Assembly (NCBI GenBank): GCA_963708135.1
Contig: OY970192.1
Span: 3,840,001-3,904,000, forward strand
Origin: an uncultured Gemmatimonadales bacterium
Lineage (GTDB): Bacteria; Gemmatimonadota; Gemmatimonadetes; Longimicrobiales; RSA9
Reading direction: 5' to 3'
Length of the DNA stretch: 64,000 nucleotides
The position numbers and the translations under genes were made by a program. The notes beneath the pieces are model-generated. The model ran no database searches. It was not told the origin of the DNA and worked only from the letters and a program-made list of their open reading frames with translations. This document shows positions 9,752-22,041 of the stretch, in pieces; the stretch's first letter is position 1; every line of letters begins with the position of its first letter.

Positions 9752-10729
9752 TCAGCGCCCCTCCAGCCCCTCCAGCCGCTCGGCCACGGCCCACGCCAGC
9801 AGCGGGACCATGATCTCGTGGTGGCCGGTGATCTGGTAGCCCCGGCCGCCGCCGGTCCGCGTGGGGCGCTCGACCACGTTCACGCGCGGCCGGTAATGGC
9901 GGATCATGTCGAGATCCGCGGCCACGAAGCGGCGGGGTGTCCCCTCGTGGACGTTGCGGCAGACCGTCAGCGCCTTGAGGAAGACCTCGGGCATGAGCAC
10001 GGCGGAGCCGAGGTTCAGCACGACGCCATCCTCGAGCGCCGGCAGCCAGCCGGCGAGGCGCCGGAAGTCGCTGAGCGCCGTCTGTCCGATGGCGGCGCCA
10101 TCGGCCGCGGGGTGCTGGTGGATGATCTCGGCGCCGAGGGCGGCGTGGACCGTGAAGGGGATGCCGAGGCGGCGCGCCGCCAGCAGCAGTGAGAGGTCGG
10201 GGTTGGCCAGCGCGGCGCGTGCCTCGAGCGCGCGGCCGAGGGCGTCGCCGAGCCCGAGCCCCTGCTCCGCGCCCCGGCGGATCGCCTCGTTCATCTCGCG
10301 GCCGGTCTCCTCGGCCATCCCGAACGTGCCGTCCGCGAGCCCGGCCTCGACGTCCTCGCTGGTCGCGCCCCAGCACGCCATCTCGAAGTCGTGGATGGCG
10401 GTCGAGCCGTTCGAGGCCAGGTGCGTGATGGCGCCCCGCCGGGCCAGGTCGATGAGCACCGGGGCAAGCCCCGTCTTGACCACGTGCCCGCCCATCATGC
10501 AGAGCACGCCCCGGCCCGCCGCGGCCGCGGCCGCCATGGCGTCCACCACCGCCAGGAAGCTCCGGGCCTGCAGGATGTCGGGGAGCGAACCGAGGAAGGC
10601 GGCGAAGGAGCGGTCCTCGCCGGGCGCGCGGCCGAGGTCCGCGGCGCGCACCTTGTTGGGCCGACCCTCGAGCGGGACCGTGCGGATCCGGGAGACGTCG
10701 ATCTCTGGCGACGACCCCCCGTCGGTCAC
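9752..10729 (-). CDS. Conserved hypothetical protein, deoxyhypusine-synthase-like NAD/FAD-binding fold
   Basis: MMGGHVVKTG, NGSTAIHDFE, TSEDV...GTFGM, NLGSAVLMPEVFLKA, GHHEIM; GTGA overlap with upstream gene. Confidence 0.75.
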   Translation of the reverse strand: MTDGGSSPEIDVSRIRTVPLEGRPNKVRAADLGRAPGEDRSFAAFLGSLPDILQARSFLAVVDAMAAAAAAGRGVLCMMGGHVVKTGLAPVLIDLARRGAITHLASNGSTAIHDFEMACWGATSEDVEAGLADGTFGMAEETGREMNEAIRRGAEQGLGLGDALGRALEARAALANPDLSLLLAARRLGIPFTVHAALGAEIIHQHPAADGAAIGQTALSDFRRLAGWLPALEDGVVLNLGSAVLMPEVFLKALTVCRNVHEGTPRRFVAADLDMIRHYRPRVNVVERPTRTGGGRGYQITGHHEIMVPLLAWAVAERLEGLEGR

Positions 10730-11589
10730 CGGTGGCCGTCCCTTTCGCTGGATGCGCTCGCGGCCGGAGACGCGGGCAGCTTGTCCCCCAGGGCAAAGCC
10801 CTGGAGGTACATGTTCAGCGAGCCGATCACCGGGACGCTGGACCTCACCTGCAGCACGAGCCGCCGGGAATCGTCCGAGAAGTAGACCTCGGCCTTCCCG
10901 CCCTGGCCGAACAGCCCCTTGGTCTGGATGACCGGCCGCACCACGATGGCCGGGAAGGTGCCCGCCGGCACGGTCACGGTGTCCTTCCGCTCGACCGTCA
11001 CGACCACGGGATTGCCCTTCTCGTCGAAGTAGCGGTCCAGCGTGTAGGTCTGGCCGACCTCCAGCGGGAGCGTGCGCACGTAGTAGAGGAAGGAGATGTC
11101 GTCCAGCGGCGAATCCGTCGGCAGCACGCCCGACTCGTCCTTGGCCGGCTGCGTCCAGCGCCGCTCCTCCGGGAAGAACTCGAGCGTCCTGTGCCGCTCG
11201 TAGTGGTACTCCTTCTGGTCCTGCTTGAAGCGCCGCGAGGCGAGGGTGGAGACATCCAGCCACGACTGCATGTCGTCATCCACGTGCACGAAGGCAATCC
11301 CGCCCTTCAGCTTCATCCGCAGCCGGTACGTCGGGTAGCCGCGCACGGTGTCCAGGGCCACCACCTCGAAGGAGCCGGTGCCCACCTTGCCGAACGGGCC
11401 CAGCGTCACCTTGTACACCAGGTGCTCGCCCACGCCGAACGGGACGCTCGCCACCGGACGCACCCCGGCCACGCCCGGATCGGACGTCCGCTGGGCGGGC
11501 GCCGGCCGCGCGAGTCCCGTCACGAGCGCGAGCACCGCGCCCAACGTCCGCATCAGCACCGGAAGGACCATCCCGTCTCTCCGCCTCAC
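10726..11589 (-). CDS. DUF3108-family exported protein
   Basis: Signal peptide; PFGVGEHLVY, DDISFLYYVR, VTVPAGTF, SDDSRR motifs. Confidence 0.8.
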   Translation of the reverse strand: MRRRDGMVLPVLMRTLGAVLALVTGLARPAPAQRTSDPGVAGVRPVASVPFGVGEHLVYKVTLGPFGKVGTGSFEVVALDTVRGYPTYRLRMKLKGGIAFVHVDDDMQSWLDVSTLASRRFKQDQKEYHYERHRTLEFFPEERRWTQPAKDESGVLPTDSPLDDISFLYYVRTLPLEVGQTYTLDRYFDEKGNPVVVTVERKDTVTVPAGTFPAIVVRPVIQTKGLFGQGGKAEVYFSDDSRRLVLQVRSSVPVIGSLNMYLQGFALGDKLPASPAASASSERDGHR

Positions 11590-11592
11590 ACT

Positions 11593-13161
11593 TCAGCTTT
11601 CGTCGGGAGCAGGCGACGCCGCCCCGTCCCGGTCCGTCGCGCCCCGCCCCGCCGAGACCTCCGCGCCGCCCGTGGCCGCGGCGTCCGACTGCTCCTCCCC
11701 TCCCTGCGCGTCGCCGCCCGCCGCACCGCTCCGGCGCCGCCGGCCGCCCCGCCCCCGGCCACCCCGCCGCCGCCGGCGCGTGGATGTCCGCCGGCCCTCG
11801 CCGTCCTCCCCCTCGACCGCGGCCGACGCATCCGCCTCCGCCGCACCCGCTTCCGCGCCGCCGGCCGAGTCCTCCGCGCCGCCATCGGCCGCCTCGGCCC
11901 CGGCTCCCGCCGGACCCGCCGTCTTCCGCCGCGCCGGCCGCTTGCGCGCGCCGGCCGAGCCGCCGTTGCCCGACCGGCCGCCGCCCGACTCGACCTCGCC
12001 GCCCGCGCCGGCCGTGGCCGCTTCACCGCCCGGGCCTGACGCCGCCTCGGCGCCCGTCTCGGTAGCGGCGCCCGTCTCGGTTCCGGCGGACGTCTTCCCG
12101 GCGCTCCGGCGCCGGCCACCCCTGCGGCGGCGCGTGCGCGTCCGCTTCGTCTTCTCAGCCTCGCCCTCGCCGGCGCCCTCGGCGGGAGCGTCCGGGGCGG
12201 CGTCCGCCGCCGCGCGGGCACCGTTCGCCTGCGCACTGGCCCCGTTCCGGCCGGACCGCCGCTTCCTGGCGGAGCCGGCGTCGCCCGTGTGGTCGGATGC
12301 CTTGCGCGCGCGACGCCTGCGGGTCGGCTCGGGCTCGGGCGCGACCTCGGTGGCGGCCACCCGCTCGGCGAGGCCGGGGTCGCCCATGATCGAGCGCTCC
12401 ACGGCCGCGAGATCCGACACGGCGGGCGCGGGGGCGGGACGGCCGAAGGCCAGCCGGACGAGAGAGCGGAGGGTCGGCCACGCCTCGAACCGGCTGTCGC
12501 GCTGGCGGCGCTCCCACCGGTGCAGGACCTCGACCTCGTCCATCCGGCGCACGTGCGGCTTCACCGCGTCGAGCAGCGCCGCATTGGCGGCCCACCCGTC
12601 CCACTGGAGGAGGCGCCGCCCGTCGGCGACCTCGAGCGCCTTGCGCAGCCCGAAGACCCGGTAGGCGCGGAAGCCGGAGAGCGCGTCCGTGACCGGCTCA
12701 GGCCAGGCCATCCGACGGCGCAGCAGCGGCACGGCGAGGCGGGCCGTCCAGCGCACGCCGCGGGGGGCCGCGGCGGACTCGATGCGCAAGGCGCTCGTGA
12801 CGACATCGGCGCCGGACTCGATCCGCTTGAGCAGGTTCGGGATCTCCTCCGGATCGTCGGTGAAGTCCGCCTGCAGGGTGACGAGCACGTCGCGCCGGGG
12901 ATAGCTGGAGCGCTTCGCGGCCTCGCGGACGAGCTCCTCGAGGCAGGCCGCGTAGCCCTGGCGCTCCCGGAACCGGATCACCGTGAGCGGCAGGACGCGG
13001 GCGTATGGGGCGAGGACCGCGGGCGTGGCGTCGGTGGACGCGTCGTCCACCACGATCAGCTGGTAGTCACGCGGAAACTCCGTCATGACCTGTCTGATCT
13101 TCCACAGCAGCACGCCTACGGTCCGGCCCTCGTCGTGCGAAGGTACGCCGATGTAGATCAC
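11593..13161 (-). CDS. Family 2 glycosyltransferase with long low-complexity C-terminal tail
   Basis: IVVDDASTD, LQADFTDDP, DALSGFRAY; residues after about 250 are Arg/Gly/Ala/Glu-rich. Confidence 0.85.
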   Translation of the reverse strand: MIYIGVPSHDEGRTVGVLLWKIRQVMTEFPRDYQLIVVDDASTDATPAVLAPYARVLPLTVIRFRERQGYAACLEELVREAAKRSSYPRRDVLVTLQADFTDDPEEIPNLLKRIESGADVVTSALRIESAAAPRGVRWTARLAVPLLRRRMAWPEPVTDALSGFRAYRVFGLRKALEVADGRRLLQWDGWAANAALLDAVKPHVRRMDEVEVLHRWERRQRDSRFEAWPTLRSLVRLAFGRPAPAPAVSDLAAVERSIMGDPGLAERVAATEVAPEPEPTRRRRARKASDHTGDAGSARKRRSGRNGASAQANGARAAADAAPDAPAEGAGEGEAEKTKRTRTRRRRGGRRRSAGKTSAGTETGAATETGAEAASGPGGEAATAGAGGEVESGGGRSGNGGSAGARKRPARRKTAGPAGAGAEAADGGAEDSAGGAEAGAAEADASAAVEGEDGEGRRTSTRRRRRGGRGRGGRRRRSGAAGGDAQGGEEQSDAAATGGAEVSAGRGATDRDGAASPAPDES

Positions 13162-13255
13162 TGGGTCGCCCGGACTCCTTTATGTGTCGAAGGCCGCGCC
13201 GGCTCCATCCACGCGCGCCATTCTCGACGATGTCTCGGCCGCCTACCTATACCGT

Positions 13256-14170
13256 TCACCTCCCGGTCGGTTCCTCGGGAGGCGCGCTCTTCCAGCGCCG
13301 ATGCTGCCAAAAATACTGCTCGGGCGCCTCCCGCACGACCGCCTCGAGGGCGGCCGTGAAGGCAGCGGTCAGGCGCCGCACGACGACGTCCGTCGGCCCC
13401 GCGCGGTCCACGCGGATCTCCTGGAGATCCCCCTCGTAGCGCCCGCTCCCCCGCCGGCGAGCCCACCCCAGAAAGAGCGGCGCCCCGGCACGCAGCGCCA
13501 GCAGGGCGGGACCCCGATGAGTCGAGGCGGGGCGGCCCATGAACGGCACGAACACCCCGTGGGTGCGCGCGTCCTGGTCCGCCACGAACGCCACCACCTC
13601 GCCGCGCCGCAGCGCCTCCAGCCCCTCCCGCGCCGCCGCGCGCCGGTCGATCACCCGGATCCCCGCCGACGCCCGCAGGCCGTTGACCGCCTCATCGAAG
13701 AGCCGGTTGGCCTGCCGCTGGACCACCGCGTTCACGGGAAAGCCGTACGCCGCCAGCGCCGCTCCCGCCACCTCCCAGCTCCCGAAGTGGCCGGTGACCA
13801 CCACCACCCCGCGGCCGCCGGCGAGCGCCGCCCGCATGGCCGCGGGCGCCTCCGGGCGCACGACCGTGCGCGCGAGCACGGCCGCCGGATCCAGCCGCTC
13901 GAGCCGGAGAAAGGCGAGCGCCGCCCTGCCCAGGTGCTCGTAGGAGCCGCGCGCCACGGCCCGGATCCAGGCCTCGTCCCGCTCCGGAAAGGCGGCGCGC
14001 AGCTGCGACTCGACGACCTCCCGCCGCAATCCAACGGGCCGGTACGCCAGCCGGCCGAGCGCGGCGAGACCCCGCTCCGCCGCCGCCTCGGGCAGTCGCA
14101 GCGCCACCGCCGAGGCCGCGCGGAAAAGGGCGAACTCCGCCCGGTGACGGAGGGTGGGCCCGCGGCTCAC
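13256..14170 (-). CDS. lpxL: Lipid A late acyltransferase (LpxL/HtrB family)
   Basis: GHFGSWE, VADQD, VPFMG, PEQYFWQHRRWK; GTGA overlap. Confidence 0.85.
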   Translation of the reverse strand: MSRGPTLRHRAEFALFRAASAVALRLPEAAAERGLAALGRLAYRPVGLRREVVESQLRAAFPERDEAWIRAVARGSYEHLGRAALAFLRLERLDPAAVLARTVVRPEAPAAMRAALAGGRGVVVVTGHFGSWEVAGAALAAYGFPVNAVVQRQANRLFDEAVNGLRASAGIRVIDRRAAAREGLEALRRGEVVAFVADQDARTHGVFVPFMGRPASTHRGPALLALRAGAPLFLGWARRRGSGRYEGDLQEIRVDRAGPTDVVVRRLTAAFTAALEAVVREAPEQYFWQHRRWKSAPPEEPTGR

Positions 14171-15267
14171 CGCGCCCGCGGCTCGCCGGCGGCCGCCCCG
14201 CCGCCGGCGGCGATCGGCGGCGCGAAGCGCCGGGGCCGGTCCGCGCGCACGTAGCGTTCCGCGGCCCGGCGGGCGCGGGCGAGCACGTCCTCCACCGTGA
14301 TCCGCGTCATGCGCCCCTCGAGCGGCGTGGCGCGGGTGGCGTCGGGGGCGGCGCCGGGCTCGTTGTAGGCGTCCACCCAGAGGTCCTCGAAGCGGCGATA
14401 GGGTCCGCAGCGCCAGGGATTGGTGTGGCCGTAGAGCCCGATGACCGGGACATCCATGGCGCGCGCCATGTGCACGGGCCCGGTGTCGGGCGCGATGACC
14501 ACGTCGCAGCCATCGAGCAGCCAGAGCACGCGACGGACGCCGTCGCCCATCCCCCATGCCGGCTTCACACGCGCACGCGCGGTGACCTCCCGTGCGATGG
14601 CGGTTTCACGCGCGCCCGGCCCGCCCACGAGTACGGTGCGCCAGCCGAGCTCGCGGGCGACGGCATCCGCCACCGCGGCCCAGCGCTCCGGCACCCAGTC
14701 CTTGGCATCGATCGCGGACGCCGGCACCAGCGCCGCCACCGGCGCATCGCCGAAGGGCGCGAAGAATTCCGCCTGTGCCGCCCTCTCCGCGGGCGCCGGC
14801 GCGAGCGCCCAGTCGAGCGGGCGCGCCGCGGCGCCGAGCGCGTCGAGGAACTCGAGGAAGAGGTCCTGCGTGTGGCCGCGCGGGCCCGGCGGCAGGTGCT
14901 CGTTGGCGAACAGCCAGACGCCATCCGCCGCGCGGGCGCGGTCGATCCCGAGGCGCCGCGACGCCCGCGAGAAGAGCAGCGGCCACACGCTCTTGAAGTA
15001 GATGTTGAGGTTGAGCGCCAGGTCGAAGCGGCGCCCCGCCAGCTCGCGCCGGAGACGGCGCAGCCCGCCGAGCCCGTCCTTCTTGTGGTAGACCACGACC
15101 TCGTCGATCGCCGGGTGAGCGCCCAGCACGGCGGCAGGCATTGGCTCGACCACCCAGGTGATCCGGCGCGTCGGGTCCTCGCGCTTGAGGGCGGTGGCCA
15201 CCGGCAGCCCGTGGATGACGTCCCCGAGCCCGGTCAGCAGCACGATGCAGATCCGCTCGCCCGCCAC
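14167..15267 (-). CDS. Family 9 glycosyltransferase (heptosyltransferase-like)
   Basis: GLGDVIH, DTGPVHMA, LYGHTNP; GTG start after upstream stop. Confidence 0.9.
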   Translation of the reverse strand: MAGERICIVLLTGLGDVIHGLPVATALKREDPTRRITWVVEPMPAAVLGAHPAIDEVVVYHKKDGLGGLRRLRRELAGRRFDLALNLNIYFKSVWPLLFSRASRRLGIDRARAADGVWLFANEHLPPGPRGHTQDLFLEFLDALGAAARPLDWALAPAPAERAAQAEFFAPFGDAPVAALVPASAIDAKDWVPERWAAVADAVARELGWRTVLVGGPGARETAIAREVTARARVKPAWGMGDGVRRVLWLLDGCDVVIAPDTGPVHMARAMDVPVIGLYGHTNPWRCGPYRRFEDLWVDAYNEPGAAPDATRATPLEGRMTRITVEDVLARARRAAERYVRADRPRRFAPPIAAGGGAAAGEPRAR

Positions 15268-15269
15268 GT

Positions 15270-16435
15270 TCAGCCTCGCCGGGCGACGCCGCCCGTCCGC
15301 ATCCCGCCACCGGAGCCGCGCGCGTCGGCGGGCGAGGGTGGCGCGCTGCCGCCGCCCACCGGCGCCTCTGCGGCTCCGGGGCCGCCGCCCGCCGGCGTGC
15401 GGGAGCCGAGCAGCGGCAGCGTTCGCTCCAGGACCTCCTCCACCCGCACCTGCTCCAGGCAGGAGACGTGGGGGCAGCGGCCGCAGACCAGGTCGCACGG
15501 GAGCACGGGCACCCTCTCGATGCCGCCGTGCGGCGAGCCAGGCCGGAGATCGGTCCACACGTCGGTGATGGTGTGGCGGTTGACCGCGAAGGTCGTGGTG
15601 CCCACGGCCACGGCAATGTGCTTGGAGCCGCCATCGTTGCCGATCCAGAGGGCGCAGCGCTCGAGCAGGGCGGCGAGCTGCCGGACGTTGGTGCCCTCCT
15701 CCTCGAAGACGACCGGCTCGGCCGCCCGCGCCGCCACGGCCGCCGCCTGCTCGCGCTCGCCGGGGCCGTAGGTGAGGAGCACCCTCGCGCCCGCGCGCGC
15801 GAGGCCGTCCGAGACCCGGGCCCAGCGCTCCGGTCCCCACTGCTTGTGGTGGTGCTGGGTGGTGGGCGTCAGGGCGACGATCGGCGAGCCGTCCGCGAGC
15901 CCCGAGCGCTCGAGCATGTCCGCGGCCCAGGCCCGCTCCTCGTCCGCGAGATGGAGCTCCAGGTCCAGGTCCGGCATGGCCGGCGGCTCGATGCCGATGC
16001 CGCGCAGCAGCTCCATCTTCTGGCGCGGCATGTAGACGCCGCGCTTCTCCTTCTCGAAGAGCCGCGTGTACGCCTTCGTGCGCGGACCCCGCCCGCGTAC
16101 GCCGACCCGGACGGGCGCGTGCGCCACCAGCGTCTGGAGCGCCGTGCGCGGGTTGGACTGGAAGTCGATGCTGGCGTCGTAGCCGCGGCCGACGAGGCGG
16201 CGGAAGAGCCGGAGATCGTGGCGCGTACCGCGTCGCCAGACGAGCACCTCGTCCACGTTCGGGTTGTCGCGCAGGAGCTCCGCGCCGCCTGCGCCCGTGA
16301 GGTACTCGATGCGCGCGTGCGGCAGCGCGCGCCGGAGCAGCCGCAGGGCGGGGGTGGTGAGCAGCACGTCGCCCAGCCAGCGGAGCTGGATCACCAGCAG
16401 CCGGCGAGGAGGCGCGAGCGTCCGCCCGTTCCGGC

Positions 16436-16439
<4 letters not shown>
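15270..16439 (-). CDS. Family 9 glycosyltransferase (heptosyltransferase-like)
   Basis: LRWLGDVLLTTP, KQWG, GNDGGSKHIA, C-terminal C..C..C..C. Confidence 0.9.
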
Positions 16440-18300
<1,861 letters not shown>

Positions 18301-18304
<4 letters not shown>

Positions 18305-19860
18305 CGGGGCCTCAGCGTCGCCACGGGCAGCACCATCTCCTCGGGGCTCACGCCGCCGTGGAGGAACGAGCCGCGGTAGCGCGCCTGGTACTCGCGCAGC
18401 TTGGTCGGATAGACGAAGAACGAATCCTCCAGCGCGAGCAGGTAGTTGGTGGCCAGGCCGCCCTTCGGGAAGCGGAGCACCCGCTCGTCCGTGACCGAGA
18501 ACACCGCGGAGGGATCCTCCGCGCGCAGGTCCATCCCGAACTTGTAGCGCAGGTTGCTCGTGGCATCGCGGCGCGCGAAGACGGTGACGGGACGCTCGCA
18601 GAGGATCGAGCCGTGGTCGGTGGTCAGCACGGTGGTGACGCCGGCCTCGGCGGCCTCGCGCAGGATGCGCAGCGCCGCCGAACGCTCGAACCACTGGCGG
18701 GTGAGCGCCCGCAGCGCCGGCTCATCGCGCGCGACCTCCATGAGGATCGCGGACTCGCTGCGCCCGTGCGTGAGCAGGTCCACGAAGTTGAAGACGACGG
18801 CCGTGACGCCATCGCCCTGGAGCGCGACGCGCACGCGGGTCACGAGGTCGTCCGCCGCCACGTCCGTGAACACCTTCTCGTAGTGCACGGGCACCTCGCG
18901 GCCCGTGAGCCGCCGGAGCTGGGCGCGGAACAGCTCGTCCTCGAACGCGTTCAGGCTGCCCTCGTCCGTCTCCCACCACTCCGGGTGGTCGCGCGCGATC
19001 GCGTCGGGGAACTGCCCGCTGAAGATGGCGTTGCGCGCGTAGGGCGTGGCGGTCGGCAGGATCGAGCAGTAGAGGTCCTCCTCGATGTCGAAGGAGGGCG
19101 AGAGCAGCGGCCGGAGCGTCTTCCACTGGTCGAGCCGCATGCAGTCGATGATCACGAACAGCAGCGGCCGTCCCTCCTCCAGCTGCGGCCCGACGTAGCG
19201 CGCTACCACGTCCGTCGAGAGCGGCGGGCGGAACTCGGCGCCCGGCTTCAGCCAGCCGCCGTACTCGCGCGAGACGTAGAGGCCGAACTCCCGCCGCACC
19301 TCGCGCACGAGCGCCCGCACCGTGTCCAGCAGTCCCTGTTCGCGCGCCTCGTGGAGCCGCAGGTCCCAGCCGACCAGCTCGTCGTAGAGGGCGAAGTAGT
19401 CGTGCCACGTGCGCGCCTCGTCGCGCAGCATCGAGAGCATGGCGAACCGGCCCGCGAAATCCTGCGCCGCCCGCTGCTGCAGCAGCTGCGGCCCCTCCAG
19501 CAGCCGCGTCACCGCCGACAGCACCTGGCGCGGGCTGGCCGGCTTGACCAGGTACTCGTCCACGCGCCGGCCGATCGCCTCCGTCATGGTCCGGTCCTCC
19601 TCGGACTTCGTCACCATGACCACGCGCGCGCTCGGCTCCGCCTGGCGCAGCTCCGCCAGCACCTCCAGCCCCCGCCGCCCCGGCATCTGCTCGTCCAGCA
19701 GCACCAGGTCGTAGCGCTGCCGGCGCACGAGCTCCAGCGCGTCATCGCCGTTGGCGGTCGCATCCACCTCGTAGCCGCGCTGGCGCAGGAACAGGAGGTG
19801 CGGCTCGAAGAGCTCCACCTCGTCGTCAACCCACAGGATCCGCTTCGCGTTCGCTTGCAT
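18301..19860 (-). CDS. Response regulator receiver + PglZ/alkaline-phosphatase-like domain (PorX-like)
   Basis: WVDDE/LLDEQMPG/VTKS/KP receiver; IIDCMRLDQW, LPTATPYARNAIFSG, NFVDLLTH, TTDHG, HGGVSPEEM. Confidence 0.9.
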
Positions 19861-19900
19861 AACCCCGAACGATAACAGCGGTTGCAAGGGGAGGACAGGA

Positions 19901-19966
19901 GGGGCTCGGGGCTCGGGGCTCGAGGCTCGAGGCTCGGGGCTCGGGGCTCGGGGCTCGGGATGCGGG
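19901..19966. repeat. Heptamer tandem repeat (GGGGCTC)n then GGGATGC
   Basis: About 8 units; shorter copy at 905-935. Confidence 0.8.
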
Positions 19967-19974
19967 CGTCGGAC

Positions 19975-20128
19975 GCAGTTGGTCGTGCCGCAGTTGGTCG
20001 TGCCGCGGTTAGTCGTGCCGCCGTCGGTCGTGGCCGCGGTTGGTCGTGCCGCGGTCGGACGGAGTCAGTCGTGCCGCAGTCGGTCGTGGCCGCAGTTGGT
20101 CGTGCCGTAGTTGGTCGTGCCGCCGTCG
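19975..20128. repeat. 15-bp tandem repeat GCAGTTGGTCGTGCC
   Basis: About 9-10 degenerate units, partly overlapping the GT9 3' end. Confidence 0.85.
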
Positions 20129-21231
20129 GACGCGCGCCGGATCGTCAGGGCCAGCTGCACCTTCTCCAGCACGTCCTCCACGCGCACCCGCTCCATGCCG
20201 CCGGGCCGGTGCTCCATGCTGCACGGGTAGTCCTCGCCGGGGAAGCGGGCGTAGCCGTCCACGACGAGCTCGGTGAAGCGGCGGTAGGGGCCGTAGCGCT
20301 TCGGGTTGGTGTAGCCGTAGAGGCCGACGACCGGGACCTCGAGGGCGCGCGCGATGTGGAGGGGTCCGGTGTCGGGGCTGACGGCCAGGCGGGCGCCGTC
20401 GAGGAGCCAGACGAGGCGGCGGACCTCATCGCCGAGGGCGTTCACCACGCGCGCGGCGCTGGCGGCCTGGATCGCCGCCGCCATCTCGCGCTCGGCGGCG
20501 GAGGGGCCGCCCACCAGCACGGGGCGCAGCCCGAAGTCCGCCTCCAGCGCGTCGGCGAGGCGGGCGTAGCGCTGCGCGCTCCAGTTCTTCTCGGGCTTGC
20601 TCGTGCCGATGACGATGGCGGCCAGCGGGCGCTCCAGCCGCTCGAGGAAGGCGCGCTGCGCGGCACGCTCCTCCTGCGTCGGGCCGAGCCCCCACTCCAC
20701 CGGCTCCGCGGGGACGCCCAGGTGCTCGAGGAACTCGAAGTACTGGTCCTGCACGTGGCCGACCGGGCGTGCGGCGATGCGCTCGTTGGTGAACAGCCAG
20801 TTGAGGTCGCGGGCGCGGGCGCGGTCGAAGCCGAGCTTCACCTCCGCGTCCGCGAGGGCCGTGATGAGGCCCGCCTTGAGGTAGACCTGCAGGTTCAGCA
20901 GGAGGTCGAAGCGGCGCCCGCGCAGCCGGTGCCGGAGATCGGCGTAGGCGTGCCAGGCGCCGGCGCCGCGCCGGCGCTCGAAGAGGACGAACTCGTCGAT
21001 GGCCGGGTGGGCGGCCACGAGCCGGTGCGGCACGGGCTGGATGATCCACGTCAGCCGCGCGTCGGGATAGGCGCGGCGGAGCGCGTTGGCCACGGGCAGC
21101 ACGTGCACCGCGTCGCCGAGCGCGCTCAGCATGACGATGCCGATCTCGCGGGCGTCCAGGTGCCGCAGCGCGGGGGGGCGCCACTCCGGCGCGGCGCCCG
21201 GCAGCACGCCGGCTCCCCGCTCAGCCGCCAT
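20065..21231 (-). CDS. Family 9 glycosyltransferase (heptosyltransferase-like)
   Basis: MLSALGDAVH, KNWS, DTGPLHIA, LYGYTNP. Confidence 0.9.
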   Translation of the reverse strand: MAAERGAGVLPGAAPEWRPPALRHLDAREIGIVMLSALGDAVHVLPVANALRRAYPDARLTWIIQPVPHRLVAAHPAIDEFVLFERRRGAGAWHAYADLRHRLRGRRFDLLLNLQVYLKAGLITALADAEVKLGFDRARARDLNWLFTNERIAARPVGHVQDQYFEFLEHLGVPAEPVEWGLGPTQEERAAQRAFLERLERPLAAIVIGTSKPEKNWSAQRYARLADALEADFGLRPVLVGGPSAAEREMAAAIQAASAARVVNALGDEVRRLVWLLDGARLAVSPDTGPLHIARALEVPVVGLYGYTNPKRYGPYRRFTELVVDGYARFPGEDYPCSMEHRPGGMERVRVEDVLEKVQLALTIRRASDGGTTNYGTTNCGHDRLRHD

Positions 21232-21994
21232 GGCTCCCGTAGGCGGCGCGGATCGCGTCGCGCTCCCGCTCCGCCAACACGCGCCCGCTGCGCCCCTCCC
21301 ATTTCCGGAGCGAGCGCTCGAAGCGCTCCAGCATGGCCGCGCGGCGACGCGGGCCCAGCCCGTCCACGATGCGGCAGCCGTCCAGGTCGATGACCCAGGG
21401 ACGCGGGCCTCGGGGCGTCCACTCGAGCAGGATGTTCTTGAGGTTCAGGTCGCGGTGCAGCACGCCGCGATCGTGCAGGATGCGCAGCAGCCGCCCCGCC
21501 GCGGCGCAGGCATCCAGGCGGCCGTCGGCGTCCGTGAGCGCCTCGGGGCCGAAGAGCGCGCCGGCGAGGTCGACGGCGTCCGCGATCCAGCGCGTCGCCA
21601 CGTCGCCTCGGTAGAAGGCGCCGGAGGGGTAGATGGCCACCGCCCGCACCTCGGGCGTGTCCACGCCCCGCTCCAGGAGCGCCCGGCTCGCCTCGAGCTC
21701 CGCCAGCGGGCGAGGCCGCGTGGCGCGCACGTAGCGGTCGCCCAGGAGCGGCGCGGCCACGGCGCCGCCGCGACGGTAGTGGCGCACCACCCAGCGCCCG
21801 CCCGGCGCGGGGACGCTGAACGCCGCGCCCCGCCCCTCGAGACGGCGCGCCTCCGGGTGCGCCGCGGCCCAGCGGAAGAGCGAGCCGTGGTCCTCGAGCG
21901 CGCGCTCGGCCGCGGCCAGGGCATCCGGCGCGGCGACGAGCAGCGTGCCGCTCAGGCGGCGCGTCTCGAAGGCGGCCTCCGAAACCCGCATCAT
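21221..21994 (-). CDS. kdkA: Kdo kinase / LPS kinase (KdkA/InaA family)
   Basis: GRG, WVVRHYRRGG, HRDLNLKNILL, IDLD. Confidence 0.8.
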   Translation of the reverse strand: MMRVSEAAFETRRLSGTLLVAAPDALAAAERALEDHGSLFRWAAAHPEARRLEGRGAAFSVPAPGGRWVVRHYRRGGAVAAPLLGDRYVRATRPRPLAELEASRALLERGVDTPEVRAVAIYPSGAFYRGDVATRWIADAVDLAGALFGPEALTDADGRLDACAAAGRLLRILHDRGVLHRDLNLKNILLEWTPRGPRPWVIDLDGCRIVDGLGPRRRAAMLERFERSLRKWEGRSGRVLAERERDAIRAAYGSHGG

Positions 21995-22041
21995 CCGGGC
22001 TCCTGGCGCGCTGCTCGCGTCCGCCGATTCGGGATCATGCG

